DNA of 64,000 nt from an uncultured Aquiluna sp. (GTDB lineage Bacteria > Actinomycetota > Actinomycetes > Actinomycetales > Microbacteriaceae), in the NCBI GenBank assembly GCA_913775595.1, contig CAJYLB010000001.1, forward strand, positions 372,001-436,000, in the 5' to 3' direction. Position numbers and translations under genes: made by a program. Below the pieces are notes generated by a model, which was given only the letters and a program-made list of their open reading frames with translations, ran no database searches and was not told the DNA's origin. Positions 40,088 to 50,669 of the stretch are shown piece after piece. Position 1 is the first letter of the stretch. Each line of letters begins with the position of its first letter.

Positions 40088-40290
40088 TGCTCTTCGGCCT
40101 GCTCGAAAGGCAAATACTCCCCGTAGGTCTGCTGTAAGGCTTCTTCGTAGCCCAAGAAGGCATCCTCGAGCTGGTCATAGGCATTGTTGAGGGCCTCGTC
40201 GCTTCCCTCACGCTTGGTAGCGGCGGCGTCGAGGTGCCGCTCTAGCGCGGAAACCAACCTCTGCAGGGCAACTGCTGGATCCTCATGCAT
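40084..40290 (-). CDS. Small acidic conserved hypothetical protein
   Basis: DP..AL..LV.ALERHL...YEEAL...YGE.LPF; overlaps uppP start; -10 box 6 nt before ATG. Confidence 0.8.
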   Translation of the reverse strand: MHEDPAVALQRLVSALERHLDAAATKREGSDEALNNAYDQLEDAFLGYEEALQQTYGEYLPFEQAEEQ

Positions 40291-40374
40291 GTCTAAAAGC
40301 TATCGCTTTGACACAAGCTTTCCAAGTAACCCCGCTGTTTCTCCACCTGCTTTCATGGTAGATTTCATCTTCGA

Positions 40375-40458
40375 GTCCGGGTGGCGGAATGGTAGACGCG
40401 CTAGCTTGAGGTGCTAGTCCTCGCATAGAGGGTGGGGGTTCAAGTCCCCCCTCGGACA
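40375..40458 (+). tRNA. tRNA-Leu(GAG)
   Basis: Acceptor GTCCGGG/CTCGGAC, anticodon arm CTAGC-TTGAGGT-GCTAG, long variable arm, GGTTCAAGTCC T-arm. Confidence 0.97.
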
Positions 40459-40486
40459 CAACTTACGACTCAGTTAGAATCGGCCA

Positions 40487-41314
40487 GTGACAGATTCCCT
40501 TAGCCCCGCAATCAGCTATTCCGTTGAGCGCGCTAGGGAGTACCTATCAGGCAAAAAGACGCTAGTGATTTCTGGCGCTGGCATTTCTACTGACAGCGGC
40601 ATACCCGACTACCGTGGAGAGGGTCGCGTCCAAAAGCACCCACTTACCTTTGATGAGTTCATGGGCTCGAGGGCCAATCAGGCTCGCTACTGGGCCAGAA
40701 GTTATGTCGGATGGAACAGAATCGCCAACGCTCAGCCAAACGCCGGTCACAGGGCAATTGCGGAGGCCGAGAAGAGTGGACTGATTAGCTCAATAATCAC
40801 CCAGAATGTTGACGGGCTGCATCAAAAAGCTGGATCCAAGTCTGTGCTCGAGCTCCACGGCAGACTCGACAGGGTCCTTTGCGTTGGCTGCGGCGATAGC
40901 TTCTCACGCCTCGAAATGGATGAGCGGATTGCCGAGGCAAACCCATCGCTGATTCGAGACTTCAGTGTTGAGTTTTCTCCTGATGGCGATGCCGAGGTAG
41001 AGGTCCCTGAGGGCTTCACGGTTCCCGACTGCGCCACCTGCGGCTCTCACTACAAACCGGATGTCGTCTTTTTTGGTGAGCAGGTTCCAAAGCCAAGGGT
41101 CGCAGATGCCGAGGCGAGGGTTGAGGCAGCGGAGGCTGTGTTGGTTGCGGGTAGCTCACTAACTGTGAACTCGGGCCTGAGGCTTGTAAAGCGAGCTGTA
41201 CAAGCAGAGAAGCCTGTCGTAATTGTGAATCTCGGGTCCACCCGCGCTGACGAGTTGGCGAATGTTCGCATCAACGGCTCAACCAGTGAACTACTTGGGG
41301 CCATTTTTGGCTAG
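40487..41314 (+). CDS. Sir2-family NAD-dependent deacylase (class II-like)
   Basis: GAGISTDSGIPDYR, TQNVDGLH, ELHG, two CxxC, KPDVVFFGE. Confidence 0.95.
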   Translation: MTDSLSPAISYSVERAREYLSGKKTLVISGAGISTDSGIPDYRGEGRVQKHPLTFDEFMGSRANQARYWARSYVGWNRIANAQPNAGHRAIAEAEKSGLISSIITQNVDGLHQKAGSKSVLELHGRLDRVLCVGCGDSFSRLEMDERIAEANPSLIRDFSVEFSPDGDAEVEVPEGFTVPDCATCGSHYKPDVVFFGEQVPKPRVADAEARVEAAEAVLVAGSSLTVNSGLRLVKRAVQAEKPVVIVNLGSTRADELANVRINGSTSELLGAIFG

Positions 41315-41888
41315 CGAAACCGTACTAGGCCTCTTCAGGCACGGCCAGACCGATTGGAACATTGATCTGCGACTGCAGGGAACCGCAGACATTCCAATGA
41401 ACGACTACGGCATAGAGCAGGTGAGAAATGCCTCTCTGCACCTAACTTCAGATTGGGATGTTGTCCTCAGCTCTCCACTTGGCCGAGCAAAGCACAGCGC
41501 AGAGATTCTGGCCGAGCGCATCGGGGCAGAGGAAGTCCTGATTGATAACCTGCTTCTGGAGCGAGCCTTTGGAATTGGCGAGGGAATGCTCTATTCGGAG
41601 TGGCATGAGAAATATTCGAAGCTCGATGAGATTCCTGGGGCCGAATCCACCCAGGCTGTTGCCGAGCGCGCTAGGAAACTGCTGGGCGAAATCAACTCAA
41701 GGTATGCCGGCGCTCGCGTATTGGCTGTGAGCCACGGCGCCCTTATTCGGTTTGTCCTCGCTGAGGTAACCAATGGTGAGATACCGCCCAAGGGCGAGAG
41801 GCTTGAGAACGCCTCACTGCACGTCCTGAGGGATGCCGGTGGTTGGTCGCTGGATGCCTGGGCACCAAAGCCCCTAGGAGCCAGCTAG
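41307..41888 (+). CDS. Histidine phosphatase family protein
   Basis: RHGQT.WN, SSPL.RA, VSHG. Confidence 0.92.
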   Translation: MASETVLGLFRHGQTDWNIDLRLQGTADIPMNDYGIEQVRNASLHLTSDWDVVLSSPLGRAKHSAEILAERIGAEEVLIDNLLLERAFGIGEGMLYSEWHEKYSKLDEIPGAESTQAVAERARKLLGEINSRYAGARVLAVSHGALIRFVLAEVTNGEIPPKGERLENASLHVLRDAGGWSLDAWAPKPLGAS

Positions 41889-42956
41889 CTCCTCGCAAAG
41901 CTCGAGGAAAAGCTCTGCGCTGTCTTCCCAGGTGAAGAACTCAGCCTGGCTGAGTCCTAGATCGCTGTGGAGCTTCCAATCTCGCTTGTCCCCCAGGCGC
42001 TTTACCTGCTCGGCGAAGGCTATGGAGTCGGTCGCGGCAAATCGAAGACCTGCAGGACCTGCCACCTCCTCAAAGATTGGTATGTCGCTGAGGATAACCG
42101 GGCAACCACGCTCCATTGCTTCAACCACCGGTATTCCAAAACCTTCATCCTTGGATGCGCTGACTAGCGCCTTGGCGGCATGTAACCACTCGTGATACTC
42201 GTCCCTTGTTACGCCATTTTCGAACTGAACCTGCGCCCCATTTTCATCCGCAAGAGCCTGCAACTCGACCTTTCGACTTTCGGTAATCCGGCTTAGCAAC
42301 ACCAACTTGTGGTCAGGCAAATGCCGCATCCCTCGAATCAGTGTCTCCACGTTTTTGTAGCCGATGAAGCTACCCATGTAGACGAGGATCTTTGAGTCGT
42401 GGCGGTTTACCTTGTCAACGCGCTCAGGTGCCTCGGCCGCGTTGTGGATTACGTAGATCGGCTTCTTCGTTAGTCGATGCCTCAGCATTTGGTCTCGAGT
42501 CGTCTCCGATACTGTGGCGACTGCATCAGCCATATTCAATAGCCTCCGCTGAGGCCAGTAGCTCAGGTGATACAGAAACCAGATCGCCCGAATCAGTGGG
42601 TTGAAATTCGATGGCGGGGTTCGATGACGGTAGTAGATCAGATCATGCAGGGTGTAGACGAGCTTAAAGTTTCTGCCCAGCCCAGATGTGGTTTGCATGG
42701 GAGAGAAAAGCACCCTGATTTTTTCGCGATTCAGCTTTCGGGTTGAAAACAACTCCTTGGGTGACGCTACTGGGTTCGTGAAGAAGAGGGTCAGGTTCTT
42801 ACTCGTGGGCAGCAGTTCAGCCTGCTGCTGATTGTCAACCATCACCGTGAGTGGATGCACCCTCAAAACTGCCCTGATTAGGCCCAGCGAGAAGCTGGTG
42901 ATGCCATCCGGCTTTACCGGATTGATGTATCTGCCATCAAACCAAATACCCTTCAT
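41874..42956 (-). CDS. GT4 glycosyltransferase
   Basis: TLHDLIY, TVSE, EGFGIP.VEAM. Confidence 0.92.
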   Translation of the reverse strand: MKGIWFDGRYINPVKPDGITSFSLGLIRAVLRVHPLTVMVDNQQQAELLPTSKNLTLFFTNPVASPKELFSTRKLNREKIRVLFSPMQTTSGLGRNFKLVYTLHDLIYYRHRTPPSNFNPLIRAIWFLYHLSYWPQRRLLNMADAVATVSETTRDQMLRHRLTKKPIYVIHNAAEAPERVDKVNRHDSKILVYMGSFIGYKNVETLIRGMRHLPDHKLVLLSRITESRKVELQALADENGAQVQFENGVTRDEYHEWLHAAKALVSASKDEGFGIPVVEAMERGCPVILSDIPIFEEVAGPAGLRFAATDSIAFAEQVKRLGDKRDWKLHSDLGLSQAEFFTWEDSAELFLELCEELAGS

Positions 42957-43807
42957 TAGGCCACCAAGAATTCACTCAGGTGACTTGCAACTTCGCTGGG
43001 CCTCTCATAGTGGGTTAGGTGTCCCACTCCCCTGATGACTCTGAGGTCGGCGCCAGCTAGCTCAGCCAGCTTCTGTTGACCCCCAAGCGGAGCAACGAGA
43101 TCTTTATCGCCGGCGATCGCCATGAGCTTCTTTGGAAGATGCTCTACGAAGTCCAGAACACTGGAGGTGCTGGCAGCTTTGTAGCCCTCCGCAACACTTT
43201 GGTTGCTCTCGAAAACCGAAAAATAGCTTGAGTGCTGCCTGTGAATGAAACGACGCAACATTGGATTCTTAGTCTTTGCCAGCGCTATAGACATTCCGCG
43301 CACCACAAGCTGTGAGCTTAGAAGGTTTGAGCCTGCCTTGGAACCGCGTTCGTAGTAGCGATCAGCGAGTCGATTCGCAAGTGAGGAGCTCTCGCTGGCC
43401 CTTGTTGTTATGGGGTTCTGTAGCGCAACCTTTTCCACGCTCAGACCTTGACTGAGCGCTGATGAAACAACCAGTGAGCCAAAACTGTGTCCAAGTATGA
43501 GGTCATAACCCCTTGAGCTGGCTGAGAAGTCCGCTAGCCAGCGGCCATAATTTTTGAGGCTGTGGTCGCTTTCAAGACCTGGAGTTTTCCCAAATCCTGG
43601 AAGATCTGGAATTGTGAAGCGAACCTCTGGCAGCGCTCCAGCTATACCCAAAAGGCCATGATGATCGCCCCGGAAACCATGAACCAGCAACACTTTGGGT
43701 CCGCCATCACCGAGATGCCAAGTGGCCGTAGAGCCAACATCTTCACGCCTTAGCCGTAGCTCAGCAAGCCGAAACAGGCTCTGGGGAGAACTTTTCAACA
43801 CCAGCAC
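42956..43807 (-). CDS. Alpha/beta hydrolase
   Basis: HGFRG, DLPGFG, GHSFG, GHLTHYE. Confidence 0.9.
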   Translation of the reverse strand: MLVLKSSPQSLFRLAELRLRREDVGSTATWHLGDGGPKVLLVHGFRGDHHGLLGIAGALPEVRFTIPDLPGFGKTPGLESDHSLKNYGRWLADFSASSRGYDLILGHSFGSLVVSSALSQGLSVEKVALQNPITTRASESSSLANRLADRYYERGSKAGSNLLSSQLVVRGMSIALAKTKNPMLRRFIHRQHSSYFSVFESNQSVAEGYKAASTSSVLDFVEHLPKKLMAIAGDKDLVAPLGGQQKLAELAGADLRVIRGVGHLTHYERPSEVASHLSEFLVA

Positions 43808-43865
43808 TCGACAAGTCTAGGTTCCCCCAAGCAAAGCAATAGGGTGCTCTCAGGAGATTAATAAT

Positions 43866-44573
43866 TTGCTCGATTTTGACTTCGAACCGCAGACCCCTGA
43901 ATGGGCCAAGAAGCTGGCGGTCTTTGATTTAGAGACCACCGGCCTAGATGTCAAGACGGCACGAATAGTGACCGCGTGCGTCGCGGTTATCAATCAAAAT
44001 GGCCAGACAGAGACTCTCTCAGAATGGCTTGTAAACCCGGGTGTAGAGATTCCTGAGGCCGCAAGCCGCGTCCACGGAGTTACGACCGAAGTTGCCATCA
44101 GAGATGGAGCCGAACCTGCAGGCGCTGTGGGGGAAATCGTTGAGCACCTACGAAACCTCAACAAAGAGATGCCTTTGGTGGCATTTAATGCCTCATACGA
44201 TTTCAGCATTCTGCAATCCGAGGCAATGCGCTATGCAGTGGAGCCTCTGGACCCAAAGCCGGTAATCGATCCTCTTGTAATTGATAGAAAGTTAGAGAAA
44301 TTTCGCCCCGGCAAGAAAAACCTCGCGACTCTGACCGCAATTTACAAAGTCGAGCTTGCCGACGCACACAACTCGACCGCAGACGCGATAGCTGCTGGTC
44401 AACTCGCTCAGCGAATGGCCGCTAAATATCCAGAATTGGACATTGACTTGCTTGAACTCCATGACCTCCAGGCAAAGTGGGCTGACGAGTGGCAACTTTC
44501 AATGCAGGAGTTCCTTAGAAAGCAAAACCGCCCGGATTTCCGGGCGGAATTGGGTTGGCCAATAAAGACTTAG
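43866..44573 (+). CDS. DEDDh 3'-5' exonuclease (DnaQ-like)
   Basis: FDLETTG, FNA.YD, AH...AD. Confidence 0.92.
   Translation: MLDFDFEPQTPEWAKKLAVFDLETTGLDVKTARIVTACVAVINQNGQTETLSEWLVNPGVEIPEAASRVHGVTTEVAIRDGAEPAGAVGEIVEHLRNLNKEMPLVAFNASYDFSILQSEAMRYAVEPLDPKPVIDPLVIDRKLEKFRPGKKNLATLTAIYKVELADAHNSTADAIAAGQLAQRMAAKYPELDIDLLELHDLQAKWADEWQLSMQEFLRKQNRPDFRAELGWPIKT
44524..44547 (-). terminator. Intrinsic terminator for the L31 gene, embedded in the exonuclease CDS
   Basis: Minus strand CCGCCCGG-AAAT-CCGGGCGG-TTTT, 22 nt after the L31 stop. Confidence 0.65.
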
Positions 44574-44818
44574 CCGAAGTTCTTGTAACGCTCGTTGAAG
44601 CGCTCGACCCTTCCAGCAGAGTCCATGATGCGCTGCTTGCCTGTGTAGAAAGGGTGGCTCGCAGAACTGATTTCGACGTCGTAAACCGGGTAGGTGTTTC
44701 CGTCCTCCCACTCAAGAGTCTTGTCGCTCGTGATGGTTGAACGAGTTAGAAAGGCAACGCCGGACGCGAGGTCGCGGAAGATGACCGGTCCGTAGCTTGG
44801 GTGAATATCAGCCTTCAT
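44570..44818 (-). CDS. rpmE2: 50S ribosomal protein L31 type B
   Basis: [24 protein letters not shown]; no Cys. Confidence 0.95.
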   Translation of the reverse strand: MKADIHPSYGPVIFRDLASGVAFLTRSTITSDKTLEWEDGNTYPVYDVEISSASHPFYTGKQRIMDSAGRVERFNERYKNFG

Positions 44819-44890
44819 GTTTTCCTTTTTTGGTGGTTTGCGTTGCATGGAGCAACAGCGGCAAAGCTTATCAGGTTAGAGCTCTGAGCG

Positions 44891-45673
44891 CTAGCGTGCT
44901 CGGGCTCTGAACCTTCCATCCTCCATTGTTACCGTGAGCGGATAGCGGAAGGTTTCGGAGATAGCCTCGGAAGTTATGGTCGAGGAGATTTCTCCCCTAG
45001 CTACGATCGCACCATCTTGCAGCAGGAGTGCATGGGTGAAGCCCGCGGGAATCTCTTCGATGTGGTGGGTAACCATTGCCATGGCAGGTGCGGTGTCGCT
45101 CTGGGCGTATCCAGATAGCAGACCTATCGTTTGCTCCCGCGCAGCCATGTCGAGGCTAGCCACAGGCTCATCCAGCAACAGCAATTCGGGGTCCGTCATT
45201 ATCGACCGGGCAATCTGGACACGCTTCTTTTCGCCGTCGCTGAGGGTGCCAATTGGTCGGTCTTCAAACTCTGCGAGTTCCCACTCAGCAAGGACCCTGC
45301 GAGCCCGACGTTCATCAATCGCATCATATTCCTCGCGCCATCTGCCCGTGATTCCGTAGCTTGCAGTCATTACAGCGTTTAGCACGCTCTCGCTGTTTGG
45401 GATCTGAGCGGACAGGGCATTTGATGCGAAGCCAATTCTCGTTCTCAGCTCGAAGACATTAACCTCGCCCAGGTTTTCATCCAGGATCGTCGCTTTGCCA
45501 GAGCTGGGTTGAATCTGCGCGGCAAGCACTCTAAGAAGGGTTGTCTTTCCCGCTCCGTTGGGTCCTAGGATCACCCAGCGTTCAGAATCTTCCAGGGTTA
45601 GATTTATGGCCTTGAGGATCTCCTTGTTAGAGCGTTTGACAACTACATTCTGGAGATCAATTACCTTGGCCAT
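44891..45673 (-). CDS. ABC ATP-binding protein (ModF/YlmA-like), no adjacent permease
   Basis: GPNGAGKT, LSDGE, LLLDEP, VTHH.EE. Confidence 0.9.
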   Translation of the reverse strand: MAKVIDLQNVVVKRSNKEILKAINLTLEDSERWVILGPNGAGKTTLLRVLAAQIQPSSGKATILDENLGEVNVFELRTRIGFASNALSAQIPNSESVLNAVMTASYGITGRWREEYDAIDERRARRVLAEWELAEFEDRPIGTLSDGEKKRVQIARSIMTDPELLLLDEPVASLDMAAREQTIGLLSGYAQSDTAPAMAMVTHHIEEIPAGFTHALLLQDGAIVARGEISSTITSEAISETFRYPLTVTMEDGRFRARAR

Positions 45674-45684
45674 CGCAGAGAATC

Positions 45685-46869
45685 CTAGCCCTGGAGGGCC
45701 CGGTTATAGACCTCAAGCGTGCGAGTCGCAATGGTCTCCCAGCTAAATTCTTCGATCACGCGTTTCCTGCCGGCCTGTCCGAATTCCTCTAGCTGGTCTG
45801 ACTGAATCGCTTTGGTCAGAGCGGCACCAAAATCAGAGATGAACTTTTCCGGATCCTTCGGTGTTCCACTGCCATCTTTGTGCTGATCTATAGGTACCAG
45901 CCACCCAGTCTCGCCCGGGACCACGACCTCAGGTATTCCGCCGGTTGCGGTGGCTATTACGGCCGCGCCGCAGGCCATGGCCTCCAGGTTCACGATTCCA
46001 AGGGGCTCATAAATCGACGGGCAGACAAACAGGTCAGTCGCAGTGAGAATTGCTGCGAGTTGCTTCTGAGGAAGATGTTCCGGGATCCAAATGACTCCGT
46101 CTCGCTCCCTACTTAGTTCAGCGACGAGCTTTTCAACCTCAGAAAGAATTTCCGGAGTATCAGGAGCTCCAGCGCAGAGAACTAGCTGTACATCCTTGGG
46201 CAGCTCTCGAGCGGCCCTTAGGAAGTAGGTAAGCCCCTTCTGACGGGTGATTCGTCCAACGAAGCTTACGATGGGACGCTTTTTGTCGATCCCATGTTTT
46301 GCGAGTAGGGCGTCATCTGAAACGGGAGCCCATTTCTTCGAGTCAATGCCGTTGTGGACTACCTCTACCCTGCTGGGATCAAGCTGCGGGTAGGAGCTCA
46401 GGATGTCTGCTCTCATGCCAGCGGAGACCGCGATTATTCTCTGGGCTTGCTCGTAGGCGCTCTTCTCAATGAACGAAGAAACCTCGTAACCCCCACCCAG
46501 TTGCTCTCTCTTCCATGGCCTGAGCGGCTCGAGAGAGTGGGCTGTAATTATGTGAGGAACGGAATGAAGCATGGAACCGATGTGTCCTGCAAAGTTTGCG
46601 TACCAGGTGTGGCTGTGGATTATGTCGCTACCAGCCAGGTTCTTCACGATTTCGAGGTCAGTCGCCATGGTTTGTAGGGCCGCATTGGCATCCTTCATTG
46701 CCAAAGGTGTCTCATACCCGTAGGTAGAAGACTCGGCAACAGGAGTCCCGAAAGCGTGCACTCTTGCCTCGATACGTTGCCTCAAAACCGCAACCAATTC
46801 GGTGACGTGGACGCCCGCTCCTCCATAGATGTTTGGCGGGTACTCTTTGGTAACGAAATCCACACGCAT
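45685..46869 (-). CDS. glgA: Actinobacterial GlgA/GlgM (ADP-glucose-dependent glucosyltransferase)
   Basis: EYPP.IYGGAGVHV, HSHTWY, YEPLGIVNLEAM; divergent from glgC. Confidence 0.93.
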   Translation of the reverse strand: MRVDFVTKEYPPNIYGGAGVHVTELVAVLRQRIEARVHAFGTPVAESSTYGYETPLAMKDANAALQTMATDLEIVKNLAGSDIIHSHTWYANFAGHIGSMLHSVPHIITAHSLEPLRPWKREQLGGGYEVSSFIEKSAYEQAQRIIAVSAGMRADILSSYPQLDPSRVEVVHNGIDSKKWAPVSDDALLAKHGIDKKRPIVSFVGRITRQKGLTYFLRAARELPKDVQLVLCAGAPDTPEILSEVEKLVAELSRERDGVIWIPEHLPQKQLAAILTATDLFVCPSIYEPLGIVNLEAMACGAAVIATATGGIPEVVVPGETGWLVPIDQHKDGSGTPKDPEKFISDFGAALTKAIQSDQLEEFGQAGRKRVIEEFSWETIATRTLEVYNRALQG

Positions 46870-46916
46870 ACCCAAATGCTAGTGCGGCTCACCTTTTTGG
46901 GAACTAACATTTGCCT

Positions 46917-48158
46917 ATGGCAGTGGCAAGAGTCTTTGGAATGGTCCTCGCTGGAGGCGAGGGAAAGAGGCTTATGCCGCTCACAGCAGATCGTGCAAAA
47001 CCCGCAGTGCCATTTGCCGGAAGCTATCGCCTAATCGACTTTGCCCTTTCGAATCTCCTAAATTCCGGCCTTCGCCGAATCGTGGTTCTTACCCAGTACA
47101 AGTCGCACTCTTTAGACCGCCACATTTCTCAGACCTGGCGTATGTCCCCCTTGCTGGGAGGCTACGTTGCGTCCATTCCCGCACAGCAAAGGCTCGGCAA
47201 GCGTTGGTATACCGGCAGTGCCGACGCGATTTTGCAATCAATGAATGCCCTCAGCGATGAACGTCCCGACTACGTAGTTGTTGTGGGTGCCGACCATGTC
47301 TACCGTATGGACTTTGACCAGATGCTCCAGGCGCACATTGAATCCGGCATGGAAGCCAGCGTTGCTGCTATTAGGCAACCAATATCGCTCGCAAGCCAGT
47401 TTGGTGTTATTGAGGTCGACGCGAAGACTCCGGGCAAAATCGCTCAATTCCGGGAGAAGCCTGCTGACCCCAAGCCAGTGCCGGGTGACGACTCCCAGGC
47501 GCTCGTGTCTATGGGTAACTACATTTTCAATGCTGAGGCCCTGATAGATGCAATTCAGCGCGATGGCGACAACGAGGGCTCCTCACACGACATGGGTGGC
47601 GACATCATTCCAGCCTTTGTTGAAGCCGGCACCTGTGGCGTATACGACTTCACATTCAACGAAATTCCGGGTGCGACCGATCGGGACAAGTCCTATTGGC
47701 GAGATGTGGGAACGATTGACTCTTACTACGAGGCCCACATGGATCTGATCTCCACTATGCCTATCTTCAACCTTTACAACTCCGACTGGCCAGTGTTCAA
47801 CCAGCAGATCAATATGCCTCCGGCAAAGTTTATTCACGACTCAGAGGGAAACCAGGGTCGCACCAACGACTCGATTACCTCCCTGGGGGTTGTGGTGACA
47901 GGCGGCATCGTGGAAAGAAGTGTTCTCTCCCCCATGGTTCGAGTTGGCTCGAGATCTCTGGTTACTGATTCAGTTCTGCTTGATTCCGTTCAGGTGGGCC
48001 GCGACTGCACCATCCGAAAGGCCATTCTGGACAAGAACGTGATAGTTGCAGATGGCGCCAGCATTGGCGTTAGTCGGGAGCGGGATCTAGAACGTGGCTT
48101 CACAGTTACCGAGTCAGGTCTTACGGTTGTCTCGAAGGGACTGCTGGTCACCCCTTGA
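46917..48158 (+). CDS. glgC: Glucose-1-phosphate adenylyltransferase
   Basis: [26 protein letters not shown]. Confidence 0.97.
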   Translation: MAVARVFGMVLAGGEGKRLMPLTADRAKPAVPFAGSYRLIDFALSNLLNSGLRRIVVLTQYKSHSLDRHISQTWRMSPLLGGYVASIPAQQRLGKRWYTGSADAILQSMNALSDERPDYVVVVGADHVYRMDFDQMLQAHIESGMEASVAAIRQPISLASQFGVIEVDAKTPGKIAQFREKPADPKPVPGDDSQALVSMGNYIFNAEALIDAIQRDGDNEGSSHDMGGDIIPAFVEAGTCGVYDFTFNEIPGATDRDKSYWRDVGTIDSYYEAHMDLISTMPIFNLYNSDWPVFNQQINMPPAKFIHDSEGNQGRTNDSITSLGVVVTGGIVERSVLSPMVRVGSRSLVTDSVLLDSVQVGRDCTIRKAILDKNVIVADGASIGVSRERDLERGFTVTESGLTVVSKGLLVTP

Positions 48159-48784
48159 CAAGGTTTTTAGTCGTATTTGATGTTGATTCAACCCTCATAA
48201 ACGAAGAGGCGATTGAGCTGCTCGCCGAACATTCCGGCAATCGCAAGAGAGTCGCTGAGATAACCGAGAGGTCCATGCGGGGCGAAATCGATTTCACGAC
48301 CTCTTTAGTGGAGCGGGTTGCGACGCTTAGAGGCCTGCCAGTTTCAGTCCTGAAGGAGACCTCAAAATCTCTGACCCCTACCTTTGGTGCGAAGACGCTG
48401 ATAGGCGAAATACACGCAAGAGGCGGAAAGGTGGCAGCAGTATCCGGGGGTTTTATTCAGCTGCTTGATGACCTTAGGCAGGGGCTCAGCTTGGACTATG
48501 CAATGGCAAACACCCTTGGCGTGCAGGACGGCCTGCTAACGGGCGAAGTTGTCGGTGAACTAATCAATCGTGAGGCCAAGGCAAAATACCTCGAGGGCTG
48601 GGCGTCAGAAAACGGGCTCGAACTATCTCAAACCATCGCAATTGGCGATGGTGCAAATGACCTGGGCATGATGGCCAAGGCCGGTCTATCTATTGCTTTT
48701 TGCGCTAAGCCCGTGGTTAGAGAGAACGCCGACGTGGTGATTGACGAGCGGGACTTGTCAAAAGTAATCGGACTTCTACCCTAG
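48155..48784 (+). CDS. serB: Phosphoserine phosphatase (catalytic domain only)
   Basis: FDVDSTL..EE.I, SGGF, GDGANDL.M. Confidence 0.92.
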   Translation: MTRFLVVFDVDSTLINEEAIELLAEHSGNRKRVAEITERSMRGEIDFTTSLVERVATLRGLPVSVLKETSKSLTPTFGAKTLIGEIHARGGKVAAVSGGFIQLLDDLRQGLSLDYAMANTLGVQDGLLTGEVVGELINREAKAKYLEGWASENGLELSQTIAIGDGANDLGMMAKAGLSIAFCAKPVVRENADVVIDERDLSKVIGLLP

Positions 48785-49548
48785 GCACCAGTTGAGTGCA
48801 GCCCACCATCTACGTGGATCATCTCACCGGTAGTAGCTGGGAACCAATCGCTCAACAGGGCAACCAGTCCCTTTGCTGCCGCCTCAGTGTCGGTTAGATC
48901 CCAACCCAGTGGTGCTCTGCCTGTCCAGAGTTCCTCCATGGTGGAAAACCCAGGGATACCTTTTGCCGCTGTCGTGCGGAGAGGCCCGGCAGAAATAAGG
49001 TTTACTCGAACTCCATGCTCTCCCACGTAGCGGGCTAGGTAGCGTGAGGTCGATTCGAAAGCGGCCTTAGCAACGCCCATCCAGTCATAGACAGGCCATG
49101 AAACTGTCGCGTCGAAAGTCAGTCCAACCACAGAGCTTGGATTGTTGAATACCGGCATCAGAGCAGTTGTGATCGACTTCAACGAATAGGCCGAAACCTC
49201 AACCGCAGTTGAGACGTCTTCCCAAGCGGTGTCCATGAAGTTGCCTCCGAGGGCGGTTTGTGGCGCAAAGGCAATGGCGTGCACCATTCCATCGAGCGAG
49301 CCGAGCTTTTCTTTCACTACCCCAGGGAGCTTCTCGAGGTGCTCGGCATTGGTGGCATCAAGTTCAATAACCTCTGCAGGTTTTGGAAGTCGTTCGGCGA
49401 TCTTTGTGGTGATTGGCAGCATGCGTCCGAAGCTGCTCAGCAGCACCTCCGCGCCCTCCTCTTGGGCAAGTCGTGCCGCGGAGAAGGCAATAGATGCCTC
49501 GGTCAGTACTCCCGTGATAAGTATTTTCTTGCCTTCTAAGATTCCCAA
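48781..49548 (-). CDS. fabI: Enoyl-ACP reductase (InhA-like)
   Basis: ITGV....SIA, YDWMGVAK, SAGP.RT.A. Confidence 0.95.
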   Translation of the reverse strand: MGILEGKKILITGVLTEASIAFSAARLAQEEGAEVLLSSFGRMLPITTKIAERLPKPAEVIELDATNAEHLEKLPGVVKEKLGSLDGMVHAIAFAPQTALGGNFMDTAWEDVSTAVEVSAYSLKSITTALMPVFNNPSSVVGLTFDATVSWPVYDWMGVAKAAFESTSRYLARYVGEHGVRVNLISAGPLRTTAAKGIPGFSTMEELWTGRAPLGWDLTDTEAAAKGLVALLSDWFPATTGEMIHVDGGLHSTGA

Positions 49549-49581
49549 GCTTCTCTCCTGCCCTTTGCTAAAAACTACTAC

Positions 49582-50292
49582 CTAGTGACCCATTCCTAGG
49601 CCACCATCAACCGGAATCACTGCTCCCGAGATGTAGCCCGCATCCTCACCAGCAACCCACGCAACGACCTTGGCAACCTCTTCAGGAGCGGCGAAACGCC
49701 CTGCTGGAATCTGGGAACGATACTTATTCGCTAGATCCTCACCGAGCTCCTTCGTCATGTCTGTGTCAATGAATCCGGGTGCAACGACATTTGCTGTTAT
49801 GTTCTTGGCTCCCAGCTCTCGGGTAATGCTTCTTGCCATGCCAACCAAGGCGCTCTTGGCTGATGAATAGTTGACCTGACCTGCACTCCCTAATAGCCCA
49901 ACCACGGAGCCAATTAGGACCACGCGACCGTACTTTGCTCGAAGCATGGACTTAGTGACTCTCTTTACGACCCGAAATACACCTGTGAGGTTGGTGTTTA
50001 TTACAGACTCAAACTCCTCATCGCTCATGCGCATCAGGAGGGTGTCTTTGGTTATGCCGGCGTTGGCAACAACAACCTCTATGGGCCCAAGCTCGGCCTC
50101 GACCTTTTCAATAGCCAGATCTAGCGATGCCGAATCTGTAACGTCGGCCTGAACCGCAAGGGATCCCTTTGGCCCCTCGCCATTTCTGGCGGTTACAGCG
50201 ACCCTGTGACCTTGGGCGATGAACTCCTCCGCGATGGCATAACCAATGCCCCTATTCCCACCTGTAATGAGGACGGTCCTTGGCTGCGACAT
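49582..50292 (-). CDS. fabG: 3-oxoacyl-ACP reductase
   Basis: TGGNRGIG, NAGIT.D, NYSSAK, PGFIDTDM. Confidence 0.95.
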   Translation of the reverse strand: MSQPRTVLITGGNRGIGYAIAEEFIAQGHRVAVTARNGEGPKGSLAVQADVTDSASLDLAIEKVEAELGPIEVVVANAGITKDTLLMRMSDEEFESVINTNLTGVFRVVKRVTKSMLRAKYGRVVLIGSVVGLLGSAGQVNYSSAKSALVGMARSITRELGAKNITANVVAPGFIDTDMTKELGEDLANKYRSQIPAGRFAAPEEVAKVVAWVAGEDAGYISGAVIPVDGGLGMGH

Positions 50293-50309
50293 CTTTTCAT
50301 CTCCTTGCG

Positions 50310-50334
50310 GGAATACCATTGAAGCTGTGGCGTT
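50310..50334 (+). promoter_or_regulatory. ECF sigma (SigH/SigR-type) promoter upstream of DUF3099-SURF1 operon
   Basis: GGAAT-N17-GTT. Confidence 0.55.
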
Positions 50335-50375
50335 ATGAATACCACAGTCTAGTAATCACAAGGTCAGGAACCCCT

Positions 50376-50669
50376 TTGGCAAAACGGCAAAGCGTCACTT
50401 CGCTGGAGCTATCCCCAGAGGAAGAGCGCAAGCAGCGCATGATTCGCTACTCGATTGCCATGTCTATCCGCACGCTCTGCATCATTTTGGGAGTAGTTAC
50501 CCAGGGATTCTGGATGTGGTTCTTTTTTGCGGGTGCTATTTTCCTGCCGTATTTCGCCGTGGTATTGGCTAATTCGCAGGGGCCGAGTCGCTCCAAGGCT
50601 CAATCCGGCGTGATAGCGCCGAAGCTTTCTGTGAAAGCAAGTGAAATAAAAATCGAAGATGACCGCTAA
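50376..50669 (+). CDS. DUF3099-type small membrane protein
   Basis: RM.RY...M..R..C, GA.FLPYFAVV.AN; start uncertain. Confidence 0.82.
   Translation: MAKRQSVTSLELSPEEERKQRMIRYSIAMSIRTLCIILGVVTQGFWMWFFFAGAIFLPYFAVVLANSQGPSRSKAQSGVIAPKLSVKASEIKIEDDR

Noticed and set aside
40459..43807. Genomic island at tRNA-Leu
   Set aside because: No integrase, att repeat or obvious composition shift
44819..44890. Zur box upstream of the Cys-free L31
   Set aside because: No AT-rich Zur-like palindrome recognisable
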